Below are positions 1 through 8,598 of a stretch of 54,045 nucleotides of DNA, in pieces (position 1 is the first letter of the stretch; each line of letters opens with the position of its first letter). The position numbers and the translations under genes were made by a program. A model generated the notes under the pieces. The model worked only from the letters and a program-made list of their open reading frames with translations, made no database searches and was not told the origin of the DNA. Origin of the DNA: Eubacteriales bacterium (GTDB taxonomy: Bacteria > Bacillota > Clostridia > Oscillospirales > CAG-272); NCBI GenBank assembly GCA_045644045.1, contig JAZRGD010000068.1:1-54045 (forward strand). The letters run 5' to 3'.

Positions 1-1338
1 GAGGATACCCTGAGAAGCCTTCATACCCGTGATGTCCTCGGGAGAGGTCTCAAGACGAACGAGAATAACCTTCTTGCCCTCAGCCTTCCAAGCCTCGGCA
101 TCCTCTGCGGAGAATACGACCTGACCGCAAGCGGCACCGGGGGAAGCACCAAGACCCTTGCCCATAGGAACGGCATTCTTCAGAGCCTTAGCATCGAACT
201 GGGGATGGAGGAGAGTGTCAAGGTTTCTGGGGTCGATCATGAGAACGGCCTCTTCCTTGGTCTTGTGACCCTCGGCTACCAGGTCAACGGCGATCTGCAG
301 AGCAGCCTGAGCGGTTCTCTTACCGTTTCTGGTCTGAAGCATGTAGAGCTTCTCGTTCTCGATGGTGAACTCCATATCCTGCATATCGTGGTAGTGGTTC
401 TCGAGGATCTCGCAAACCTTCACGAACTGCTCGTAAGCGGCAGGGAACTTGTTAGCCATCTCAGCGATGGGCATAGGCGTACGAACGCCCGCAACAACGT
501 CCTCACCCTGTGCGTTGGTAAGGAACTCACCCATCATCTTCTTTTCACCGGTAGCAGGGTCACGGGTAAAGGCTACGCCCGTACCGCAGTTGTCGCCCAT
601 GTTACCGAATGCCATAGCCTGTACGTTAACGGCAGTACCCCAAGAGTAGGGAATGTCGTTGTCGCGGCGATATACGTTTGCGCGGGGGTTGTCCCAGCTA
701 CGGAATACGGCCTTAACGGCGCCGATGAGCTGCTCCTTGGGGTCGGAGGGGAAGTCGGTACCGATCTTCGCCTTGTACTCAGCCTTGAACTGGCCGGCCA
801 GCTCCTTCAGGTCGTCAGCGGTCAGCTCAACGTCCAGCTTAACGCCCTTCTCTTCCTTCATCTTGTCGATGAGCTCCTCGAAGTACTTCTTACCAACCTC
901 CATAACGACGTCGGAGTACATCTGGATAAATCTTCTGTAGCAGTCCCAAGCCCAACGGGGGTTACCGGACTTCTTGGAAAGAACGTCAACAACGTCCTCG
1001 TTCAGACCCAGGTTCAAAATGGTGTCCATCATACCGGGCATGGAAGCGCGGGCGCCGGAACGAACGGAAACGAGAAGGGGGTTCTCCTTGTCACCGAACT
1101 TCTTGCCGGTGATGCCCTCCATCTTCTCAATGTTCTCCATGATCTCAGCCATGATGGCGTCGTTGATCTGTCTGCCATCCTCATAATACTGGGTGCAGGC
1201 CTCGGTCGAGATGGTGAAACCCTGGGGAACGGGAAGACCGATCTTGGTCATTTCGGCCAGGTTTGCACCTTTGCCACCGAGCAGCTCGCGCATGGACGCG
1301 TCGCCTTCGGTGAACAGATAAACATACTTCTTGCTCAT
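1..1338 (-). CDS. ppdK: Pyruvate, phosphate dikinase (N-terminal part; runs off the window start)
   Basis: Manual translation from ATG at 1338: MSKKYVYLFTEGDASMRELLGGKGANLAEMTKIGLPVPQGFTISTEAC...PLLVSVRSGARASMPGMMDTILNLG, the PPDK N-terminal signature. Absent from the ORF track because no stop lies in the window. Confidence 0.96.
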   Translation of the reverse strand, partial: MSKKYVYLFTEGDASMRELLGGKGANLAEMTKIGLPVPQGFTISTEACTQYYEDGRQINDAIMAEIMENIEKMEGITGKKFGDKENPLLVSVRSGARASMPGMMDTILNLGLNEDVVDVLSKKSGNPRWAWDCYRRFIQMYSDVVMEVGKKYFEELIDKMKEEKGVKLDVELTADDLKELAGQFKAEYKAKIGTDFPSDPKEQLIGAVKAVFRSWDNPRANVYRRDNDIPYSWGTAVNVQAMAFGNMGDNCGTGVAFTRDPATGEKKMMGEFLTNAQGEDVVAGVRTPMPIAEMANKFPAAYEQFVKVCEILENHYHDMQDMEFTIENEKLYMLQTRNGKRTAQAALQIAVDLVAEGHKTKEEAVLMIDPRNLDTLLHPQFDAKALKNAVPMGKGLGASPGAACGQVVFSAEDAEAWKAEGKKVILVRLETSPEDITGMKASQGIL

Positions 1339-1416
1339 CTTTTTCTTTCCTTTCACTTTTTATATATCTTTTTTAGAAAACACGGTTACGCGAAGCCTAC
1401 GGCTTTCGCTCAAAGT

Positions 1417-1445
1417 ATTTTACCACATATTTTCCCCAAAGTCAA
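1417..1445 (-). promoter_or_regulatory. SigA-type promoter for ppdK
   Basis: Minus strand TTGACT-17 bp-TAAAAT with extended TG. Confidence 0.7.
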
Positions 1446-1616
1446 GAGTTTTTTTAGGGGATCGTTAAATTTTGGACACTTTTTGGAAAAAAGACTCGCT
1501 TTTTTCTTTTTATCGTTAAAAAGCACCCGTTTCTAACTTTTTTTCGCAATTCTTATTTTCCCACGGCAAAAAACGCGAAAAAATAAAATTTTTGACGTCT
1601 TTTCCGCATAAAACCG

Positions 1617-1645
1617 TTGACAAAATTATATTTTGGTTTTATAAT
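1617..1645 (+). promoter_or_regulatory. SigA promoter for gdhA
   Basis: Perfect TTGACA-17 bp-TATAAT. Confidence 0.85.
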
Positions 1646-1681
1646 ATATGGTATCAAACTTTTTCTTTAAGGAGAATATCA

Positions 1682-3028
1682 ATGAAAAACCAGTACTTAC
1701 TCGACGTTCTTGAGAGCGTAAAGAAGAGAAACCCCGGCGAGCCTGAGTTTATCCAGACCGTGACCGAGGTTTTTGAGAGCATCGAGCCCGTCATCGAGCG
1801 TCGCCCCGATCTGGTGGCCGCCGGCGTTGTAGAGCGCATGGTAGAGCCTGAGAGACAGATCATGTTCCGTGTTCCCTGGGTAGACGACAACGGCAAGACC
1901 CAGGTCAACCGCGGCTTCCGCATTCAGTTCAACTCCGCCATCGGCCCTTACAAGGGCGGTCTCCGCTTCCACCCCACCGTTAACGCCTCTATCATGAAGT
2001 TCCTCGGCTTCGAGCAGACCTTCAAGAACTCCCTCACCTCCCTCCCCATGGGCGGCGGCAAGGGCGGCTCTGACTTCGATCCTCAGGGCAAGAGCGACGC
2101 TGAGGTGATGCGCTTCTGCCAGTCCTTCATGACCGAGCTGGAAAGACACATCGGTGCCGACACCGACGTTCCCGCCGGCGACATCGGCGTAGGCGCAAGA
2201 GAGATCGGTTACCTCTTTGGCCAGTACAAGAGACTGCGCAACGAGTTCACCGGCGTTTTGACCGGCAAGGGCATCCCCTACGGCGGCTCTCTCATCCGTC
2301 CCGAGGCTACCGGCTTCGGCGCTGTTTACTACACCGTTGAAATGCTCGCCACCCTCGGCGAAGAGGTTAAGGGCAAGACCTTCGCCATCTCCGGCTTCGG
2401 TAACGTGGCTTGGGGCGTGGTGCAGAAGGTTACCGAGCTGGGCGGCAAGGTGGTCACCATCTCCGGTCCTGACGGTTACATCTACGACGAGAACGGTGTA
2501 AACACCCCCGAAAAGATCGCTTTCATGCTGGAGATGCGCGCTTCCTGCCGCAACCGCGTGGAGGACTATGCCGACAAGTTTGGCGTTCCCTTCTTCAAGG
2601 GCGAGAAGCCTTGGGGTGTCAAGGCCGACATTATGATGCCTTGCGCAACCCAGAACGAGGTTGGCATGAAGGAGGCCGAGGCTATGGTAGCAAACGGCCT
2701 GAAGTACTACGTTGAGGTTGCCAATATGCCCACCACCAACGAGGCAGTTGCTTACCTCAAGGCAAACGGCGTGGTCGTTGCTCCCTCTAAGGCTGTTAAC
2801 GCCGGCGGCGTTGCCGTTTCCGGTCTCGAAATGTCCCAGAACTCCATGCGCTACAGCTGGAGTGCCGAGGAGGTCGATGCCAAGCTGAAGACCATCATGA
2901 AGAACATCTACTCCGCTTCCTATGCCGCCGCTAAGGAATACGGCATGGAGGGCGACCTGGTAGCAGGTGCCAATATCGCTGGCTTTATTAAGGTTGCCGA
3001 GGCGATGAAGGCGCAGGGATGTGTTTGA
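1682..3028 (+). CDS. gdhA: NADP-specific glutamate dehydrogenase
   Basis: GPYKGGLRFHP, GGGKGGSDFDP, DVPAGDIGVG, RPEATGFG motifs; AAGGAG RBS before ATG 1682. Confidence 0.96.
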   Translation: MKNQYLLDVLESVKKRNPGEPEFIQTVTEVFESIEPVIERRPDLVAAGVVERMVEPERQIMFRVPWVDDNGKTQVNRGFRIQFNSAIGPYKGGLRFHPTVNASIMKFLGFEQTFKNSLTSLPMGGGKGGSDFDPQGKSDAEVMRFCQSFMTELERHIGADTDVPAGDIGVGAREIGYLFGQYKRLRNEFTGVLTGKGIPYGGSLIRPEATGFGAVYYTVEMLATLGEEVKGKTFAISGFGNVAWGVVQKVTELGGKVVTISGPDGYIYDENGVNTPEKIAFMLEMRASCRNRVEDYADKFGVPFFKGEKPWGVKADIMMPCATQNEVGMKEAEAMVANGLKYYVEVANMPTTNEAVAYLKANGVVVAPSKAVNAGGVAVSGLEMSQNSMRYSWSAEEVDAKLKTIMKNIYSASYAAAKEYGMEGDLVAGANIAGFIKVAEAMKAQGCV

Positions 3029-3054
3029 TAAAATCGCCATTGCGATTTTATCAA
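3025..3054. repeat. Perfect 13-bp-arm inverted repeat overlapping the gdhA stop
   Basis: TTGATAAAATCGC-CATT-GCGATTTTATCAA. Confidence 0.8.
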
Positions 3055-3173
3055 CAGGCCGGTTGCGCAAAGCGCAAACAGGCCGCTGCCCTTACCCCAA
3101 CGCTTTTTGGCGTTGGGGTATCTTTTTAGAAAACCGCTTGTGGCGGTTTTCGGGAAGCGGTTTATACACAACA

Positions 3174-3269
3174 ATGAAATTTGCCCTACGGGCAAGTGAA
3201 ATCGCTTCGCGGTGAAATGTTTGCTTCGCAAACGTGAAATGTTCGCAAAGCGAACGTGAGAAGTTTCAT
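3174..3269. repeat. Array of four short hairpins joined by (A/G)TGAAAT linkers (REP-like or structured RNA)
   Basis: ATGAAAT-TTGCCC(TAC)GGGCAA-GTGAAAT-CGC(TTC)GCG-GTGAAAT-GTTTGC(TTC)GCAAAC-GTGAAAT-GTTCGC(AAA)GCGAAC-GTGA..TTTCAT. Confidence 0.75.
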
Positions 3270-3286
3270 CCTTTTGGAAAAGCAGG

Positions 3287-3320
3287 AAAGAGGCTGAGCC
3301 ATTGGCTCAGCCTCTTTTTT
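3287..3320. terminator. Intrinsic terminator, probably bidirectional
   Basis: AAAGAGGCTGAGCCA-T-TGGCTCAGCCTCTTTTTT between convergent genes. Confidence 0.85.
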
Positions 3321-3327
3321 GATATGC

Positions 3328-3915
3328 TTATATGTGCAAATCCCGACGCGCCTTTATAAATTCTTCTCTGTGCATTTCAGAACATTTTTCCAGTGGCGCA
3401 ATTCGTAATGCATTGGAGATTCCTTGGCTCTCCAACAAATACTTGGTGTTTTGCACCTTCGCTCTAATGGATTTTGCGCTATACGGCCGAGACAACGACA
3501 AGCCTAACACAAAATCCTTTACAGGTAAAGCGTCCCTGCCGATGACATATTTTTGTATCACTGCCGCACTGACCTTATAGTTATCCTCCGCCGTCCACGG
3601 GATGCGGACACTGTTGCAATACACGTTAATCGCATACTTTCCCTTCGAATGAAATTTTCTCTTGATCTCATCATAAAGGATGGGAAGCAAAGCACACGCC
3701 ACCGGCACAACAATGTCAGCCACGAAAGAACCGTATGAAATGGACGTTACCCTTGGAGAATTTTCACCTGCTTCGCTCAAAGCAACATCATTTTCTTCGT
3801 TGAAAGCTTTGAACGCATCATTCAACACGTGCAAAGAATCTTCCATTGCAGCTAATGTCATCCCATTTGGATATGAAATGTGTATGGAAACTTTTTGATT
3901 TTCAAAATCTTTCAT
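3328..3915 (-). CDS. Hypothetical protein (195 aa), AT-rich islet
   Basis: Open frame with AAGGA RBS; A/T-rich codon usage unlike the flanking genes. Confidence 0.75.
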   Translation of the reverse strand: MKDFENQKVSIHISYPNGMTLAAMEDSLHVLNDAFKAFNEENDVALSEAGENSPRVTSISYGSFVADIVVPVACALLPILYDEIKRKFHSKGKYAINVYCNSVRIPWTAEDNYKVSAAVIQKYVIGRDALPVKDFVLGLSLSRPYSAKSIRAKVQNTKYLLESQGISNALRIAPLEKCSEMHREEFIKARRDLHI

Positions 3916-3981
3916 ACCGATGTTTTCCTTATTTCTTCTGTTTTTTCACTCTTACCAAGATAACAGCTATCAAATTGTTTT

Positions 3982-5748
3982 TTATCGTTGCTTAGGAACC
4001 CACGCAGAACAATTCTCACGCTTTGAATCACAGTTCTCATACAAAGCACAACTCCTGCACTGTTCACGAAGAGTTGCTCGGCGCTCATCTATTGCTTGCA
4101 ATTCATCCAAAGTGTTTTGGTCGGGCTTAAAATAATCCAAAAGAATCTCAAAGACTCGATCGGGATCTGTCGAATCACCATTCTCGTAATCTTCGGCAAC
4201 CCACTTCCAAAGAGCATTGCACAAAGCATCCGCATAATAGTACTCCGAATCAGACGGCAAATAATCACCTCCATCTTCCTTTTTTATCCAATCAAAAATA
4301 GCAAACTTTGCATTTACCAGATTGTTGCTCCAATTTTTCACACTCGGACTAAATGGATCCCCGGACATCTGCTGTTCAATTATACGCTTAAAGGCTTCAC
4401 TGTTTGAAACAAATTCGCGACAGTCATTTTCCGTTATAGCTTTATATCCTTCACGGTTTTGACCGTATTTCTCAAAGTGCAAAGCTCTTATCGTTACGGC
4501 GGCTGCATGCTCTGCCATCGTGGGAAGAGCTTTATCTATACTGTGAACACCTCCCCTGCGAACGTACCATTTGTTTCTGGCGCAGTGTGAATGATAAGCC
4601 ATTCGATTACACAACGTGTTCGTTACGGCGTCATCCCCCTCAAAAAACAGCTCCTGTACCGACTGGCGAAACAACTCGGTGGTACGCTCATATCCAATTT
4701 TTTTCTGATATTTAAATTCCTCGTCTTTCCTATTCCAACCTTTGTCAAAATGTTCCACTCCATAAGAAAAAGCAATGTTGAAGATTTCTTTACAATCGGC
4801 CTTTATCTCTTCAATAATACCGGGGTAACTAATTTTGCACGCCTCTTGTTTTGAACATCTATAACTATTTATATCCTCAAGAGTCAATCCAAGCAACTCG
4901 TAATCTTTTTTAATATTCGTTTCTTTTTCAAGGAAGTATTGTGAGTAATTGGATTCATTTTCTTGCAATTCATCTAATGTATCTGCTTCATCTTCCAGCA
5001 ATTCGGATAGCGCATCAAATCCATTATCTTCATATGCTTCGTAGAAAAATGCCAATGTGGAGTATAATTTTTTTGCATCACAATCCTGTTTGGTCAATGT
5101 CTCAATATATTCTTTTATTCCTTCAAAAGCCATACCATTAGGTTTTATAGAATCTAACAAAGCGTATACAATCGCATAATAATGTTTTACAATTTCATCA
5201 TTAGCCTCTATGGATAACAGTGTTACGGAGTCTTTCGTTGCTTTTCCTCTGCAGATGGCGTTTGCATCTTTCAGCGAATATCTGTAAGCCAAGGTTTTTC
5301 TGAGATGCTTGTTTAGTTCAATGATCTTGTTTATGTTTTCGGTAGAAATCCCTTTTAATTTTAGCTTCTCCGTCAATTCGCTGTTGTTCTTGAATAACCC
5401 CCAAGACAAAGCGGAATGATCGAAAAACTTTTCAAATGCGTAAAGCCCCACGTTAAGGTTGGTGTGAAAGTTAATAAAACGTTTTACTTCACTTTCATCT
5501 CTCCTTTTGTTAGATGAAGCCAGCAAACCGTAAATCATTTCGTAATGTTGCTTTTCAGCTTCATTTTGAAAGGGTGCGAAGGAAGCACTCGGCGCGGAGG
5601 CGATACTTTCCCCAGTGGTGTTCCCTTGCCCAGAAATCTTGTTTTGTGTCGAAGCATTGCGTTGTGCCGATGCGTTATTTTTTGTTTTGAATTTTCGGTA
5701 CAACAAAAACGCTACTATCGCAAGCACAATCAAAATTAAGTATGTCAT
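3982..5748 (-). CDS. Hypothetical membrane-anchored protein (588 aa) with C-terminal Cys cluster
   Basis: N-terminal hydrophobic helix YLILIVLAIVAFLLY; C-terminal CRSCALYENCDSKRENC; AAGGAG RBS; upstream TTGCAA-17-TATAAT (5799-5827). Confidence 0.85.
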   Translation of the reverse strand: MTYLILIVLAIVAFLLYRKFKTKNNASAQRNASTQNKISGQGNTTGESIASAPSASFAPFQNEAEKQHYEMIYGLLASSNKRRDESEVKRFINFHTNLNVGLYAFEKFFDHSALSWGLFKNNSELTEKLKLKGISTENINKIIELNKHLRKTLAYRYSLKDANAICRGKATKDSVTLLSIEANDEIVKHYYAIVYALLDSIKPNGMAFEGIKEYIETLTKQDCDAKKLYSTLAFFYEAYEDNGFDALSELLEDEADTLDELQENESNYSQYFLEKETNIKKDYELLGLTLEDINSYRCSKQEACKISYPGIIEEIKADCKEIFNIAFSYGVEHFDKGWNRKDEEFKYQKKIGYERTTELFRQSVQELFFEGDDAVTNTLCNRMAYHSHCARNKWYVRRGGVHSIDKALPTMAEHAAAVTIRALHFEKYGQNREGYKAITENDCREFVSNSEAFKRIIEQQMSGDPFSPSVKNWSNNLVNAKFAIFDWIKKEDGGDYLPSDSEYYYADALCNALWKWVAEDYENGDSTDPDRVFEILLDYFKPDQNTLDELQAIDERRATLREQCRSCALYENCDSKRENCSAWVPKQR

Positions 5749-5915
5749 ATTTTCTTCTCCTTTTCGTCCCGAAGCTTCCCGTTTCGGTTGTTTTTCACAT
5801 TATATCACATTAAATACGATATTGCAAGAGTTTTCGCACAAATAATGAAATGTTTTTGCGACAGTATATGATACAATGCGATAGGGGATATTTTAACTCG
5901 TAAGGAGAAGAAAAA

Positions 5916-6230
5916 ATGTATAAAGAAGATTTCGCCCTTAGATTAGCGCTTCTTCGCAACAAAATGAATATTTCCGCACGAGATATGAGCCTTTCTTTAG
6001 GACAGAATCCCGGCTATATAAATACCATTGAAAGTGGGAAGGCTCTTCCATCAATGGCTATGTTCTTCTATATCTGCGACTACCTGCACATTTCCCCTGC
6101 GGAATTTTTCGCTTCAGAGAACAACTCGCCCGTAAAAATTAGGAACATCCTTCACAATTTATCCTCTCTGGAGGATGAAGCGTTAGATTCTATCGAGGTT
6201 ATTGTTGAAAAGCTTGCGAAAAAAACATAA
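5916..6230 (+). CDS. XRE-family helix-turn-helix transcriptional regulator
   Basis: ISARDMSLSLGQNPGYINTIESGKALPSM HTH_3 pattern; AAGGAG RBS. Confidence 0.9.
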   Translation: MYKEDFALRLALLRNKMNISARDMSLSLGQNPGYINTIESGKALPSMAMFFYICDYLHISPAEFFASENNSPVKIRNILHNLSSLEDEALDSIEVIVEKLAKKT

Positions 6231-6290
6231 GTTCGCTCCCACAATATCCTCTTGCCTTCGTTTCGCATGATATGTTTGCGTTTTTACAGA

Positions 6291-6320
6291 AAAAAGCTCC
6301 GACGGCTGTCGGAGCTTTTT
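6291..6320. terminator. Bidirectional intrinsic terminator
   Basis: AAAAAGCTCCGAC-GGCT-GTCGGAGCTTTTT between convergent XRE gene and dusB. Confidence 0.85.
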
Positions 6321-6321
6321 G

Positions 6322-7305
6322 TTATTCCTTTTGTAACGCTAAAAAATCCCGCACGAGGGTCTCTACCTCGGCGTAGGTGAGGGCGGCGTTGATGCGGCCG
6401 CGGACGGCGGCCGCGCCGCGCATACCGTGCAGGTAATCGGCAAATTGCTTGCGGCTTTCGGTGACGGCGGTATGCTCTCCCTTTTCGTCACAGGCGAGGC
6501 GAAGCTGACGAAGGGCTGTTTCCACTCGCTCTTCGGGTGTAGGGGGTGTGTAGTTCCGTCCGTCCATGGCGGCGCGGATCTCGGCAAAGAGGAAGGGGTT
6601 GCCTACCGCCCCTCTGCCGATCATCACACCGTCGCACCCTGTTTCGTTTTTCATTCTCATGGCGGCGGCGGCAGAATCAATATCGCCGTTGCCAACAACA
6701 GGGATTTGTAAAGTATTCTTTACATCCGCTATGATCTTTAAGTCTGCCATGCCGCTATACATTTGGGTCTTCGTTCTGCCGTGGACGGTAACGAGCGATG
6801 CGCCCCCCGCCTCGGCGGCGCGTGCCACCTCCACGGCGTTTTTGCTTTTTTCGTCCCAGCCCGCGCGAATTTTTACCGTCACGGGCAAGGAAACCGCCTT
6901 CACCACCGCATCCACGATGGCGTGAACGAGAGAAGGGGTCTTCATCAAGGCACTGCCATCGCCCGCCGACACGATCTTTTTGACGGGACAGCCCATATTG
7001 ATGTCGATGGCAGAGGGCGGGACACCGCCCGCCATTCCTTCGGCCACCATGCGCGCCGCCTCTGCCATAGAGGCAGGCTCACTGCCGAAGATCTGCACCG
7101 CGCTCGGCAGGTCGCAAGCCTCGACGCGAGCGAGAAGAGGGGTCTTTTTATCGTGATAGCAAAGTGCCTTGGCAGACACCATCTCGCTGACGGTGTACTC
7201 CGCCCCGTAATCGCGGCAGACGCGGCGCATGGCGGTATCGGTGTATCCCGCTAAGGGCGCAAGAAAAAGCCCATACGGCAAATGGATGCCTCCAAACGTC
7301 AGCAT
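6322..7305 (-). CDS. dusB: tRNA-dihydrouridine synthase
   Basis: LAPLAGYTD, IDINMGCP, PVTVKIRAGW, VHGRT, GNGDI, GVMIGRG motifs. Confidence 0.93.
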   Translation of the reverse strand: MLTFGGIHLPYGLFLAPLAGYTDTAMRRVCRDYGAEYTVSEMVSAKALCYHDKKTPLLARVEACDLPSAVQIFGSEPASMAEAARMVAEGMAGGVPPSAIDINMGCPVKKIVSAGDGSALMKTPSLVHAIVDAVVKAVSLPVTVKIRAGWDEKSKNAVEVARAAEAGGASLVTVHGRTKTQMYSGMADLKIIADVKNTLQIPVVGNGDIDSAAAAMRMKNETGCDGVMIGRGAVGNPFLFAEIRAAMDGRNYTPPTPEERVETALRQLRLACDEKGEHTAVTESRKQFADYLHGMRGAAAVRGRINAALTYAEVETLVRDFLALQKE

Positions 7306-7340
7306 AGGCTTTCTCCTTTCTTCTTATACGTCTGTTTCTG

Positions 7341-8579
7341 TCAGTCTTTGATGGCGCGGCACTCAAGGTAGTACCGCTTTTCTCTGGCACTTCCCATGGA
7401 GAAGGTCTTGCGAGGCAACGCCCCATCCTTTTCCACGGCGGAAAACAGCTCGCTCTTGCTCATACCCTCAAAGAGGAAGCCCACCGCCCCCTCACGGGAG
7501 GACAGAGCCAAAAGGGATTCTTCATCGTGGATGTAATCCACCTCGACCCCCTCGTGGGTCTTGACGTACTCGTCGAGGAACATTTGAAGCGTTCCCACCG
7601 TCAGGCTATGCGCACCATGAGCGAATGTAAAGCTTTCTTTGCAAATCTCGCCATTCTTGTAGACGACCTCTACCGTCTGCGTCTCCCCCGCCCCCTGTGC
7701 GGCGGCAAAGGCGGCCATGGCGGAAAGAAGGTCGGCGCGATCGGCACCGAACACCACGCGGTAGATGGGCTCGAACACCAAGGCATCGCTGTGGATGTTT
7801 ACCACCTCGACCAAGGCGTAGCGGGCAGGATGATTCTTGGCCTCCTCACCGAGAGAGGTCTTCAGCTCCTCGTAATAAGCCTTCGCGCTGGCAAGGGAGT
7901 GGTTTCCGTCACCAACGGCAAAGTGAAGGGGCTCCTCCCGTCCCTCCGCCAAGGCGGCAAGAGCGGCGCACACCTTCTCCTGCGCAGAAGCGGGCAGGAA
8001 GGTGCCCGTCACGTGACCGCCGCCCTGCATCAGGTCAAAATCATAGGCCGTCACGCCCTCTGCCCCTCTTGCGATATTCATAACGGAATCGGCGGTGTCG
8101 TCGATGAGCAGCATCACGTGGGGTGCCTCCAAGGCGGCACCGCGACGCACGCGCACGCGGGGGGGAATACGGGAAAGCACCGTTCCCTCGGTGGCGCGAA
8201 CGGGGCTGACCGATCCCGCCCGATAATCGTAGGCCTCAAGGTCGATCTTGCCCACAAGTCCCTCCCTCACCTTGCCCGTGGGGCAGGTGCGGCGCAGGTA
8301 GATCATGCTGTCCTTATGTAACGAAAGAAGGTTTCCCTTGTATCCGTCCATGGCGGCGTGGATGTCCTCGATACGCGCTTCGTCGCCCTCACCGAGATAA
8401 AGCTCGGGCAAAATCATACGCAACGTGGAGGGAGCGTCCCCCACCGTCTTTTCGGTCTCCGCCCAATATTCGGGCTCGGAGGTGAACTGGTCACAGGCAA
8501 TGCACGCCCATTTACTGCCGTCCGTATCGGAAAAATCGGGAAGCAGAATATCGGCGGCGGAAAAGCAAAGCTCTTTCAT
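7341..8579 (-). CDS. DUF1015 family protein
   Basis: ACDQFTSEPEYW, RATEGTV..RIPPR, AVGDGNHSLA, LPRKTFSMG motifs; ATG 8579 after GAAAGGA. Confidence 0.8.
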   Translation of the reverse strand: MKELCFSAADILLPDFSDTDGSKWACIACDQFTSEPEYWAETEKTVGDAPSTLRMILPELYLGEGDEARIEDIHAAMDGYKGNLLSLHKDSMIYLRRTCPTGKVREGLVGKIDLEAYDYRAGSVSPVRATEGTVLSRIPPRVRVRRGAALEAPHVMLLIDDTADSVMNIARGAEGVTAYDFDLMQGGGHVTGTFLPASAQEKVCAALAALAEGREEPLHFAVGDGNHSLASAKAYYEELKTSLGEEAKNHPARYALVEVVNIHSDALVFEPIYRVVFGADRADLLSAMAAFAAAQGAGETQTVEVVYKNGEICKESFTFAHGAHSLTVGTLQMFLDEYVKTHEGVEVDYIHDEESLLALSSREGAVGFLFEGMSKSELFSAVEKDGALPRKTFSMGSAREKRYYLECRAIKD

Positions 8580-8598
8580 AATGCGTCCTTTCGTTGGG

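Noticed and set aside
205-1536. 443-aa plus-strand ORF
   Set aside because: Antisense shadow of ppdK produced by biased codon usage; no recognisable motifs.
1697-3070. 457-aa ORF antisense to gdhA
   Set aside because: Shadow frame of a highly biased gene; no RBS or domain evidence.
3174-3269. Possible mini-CRISPR array
   Set aside because: Repeat is only 7 bp, the spacers are 9-15 bp palindromes, and no cas genes are present.
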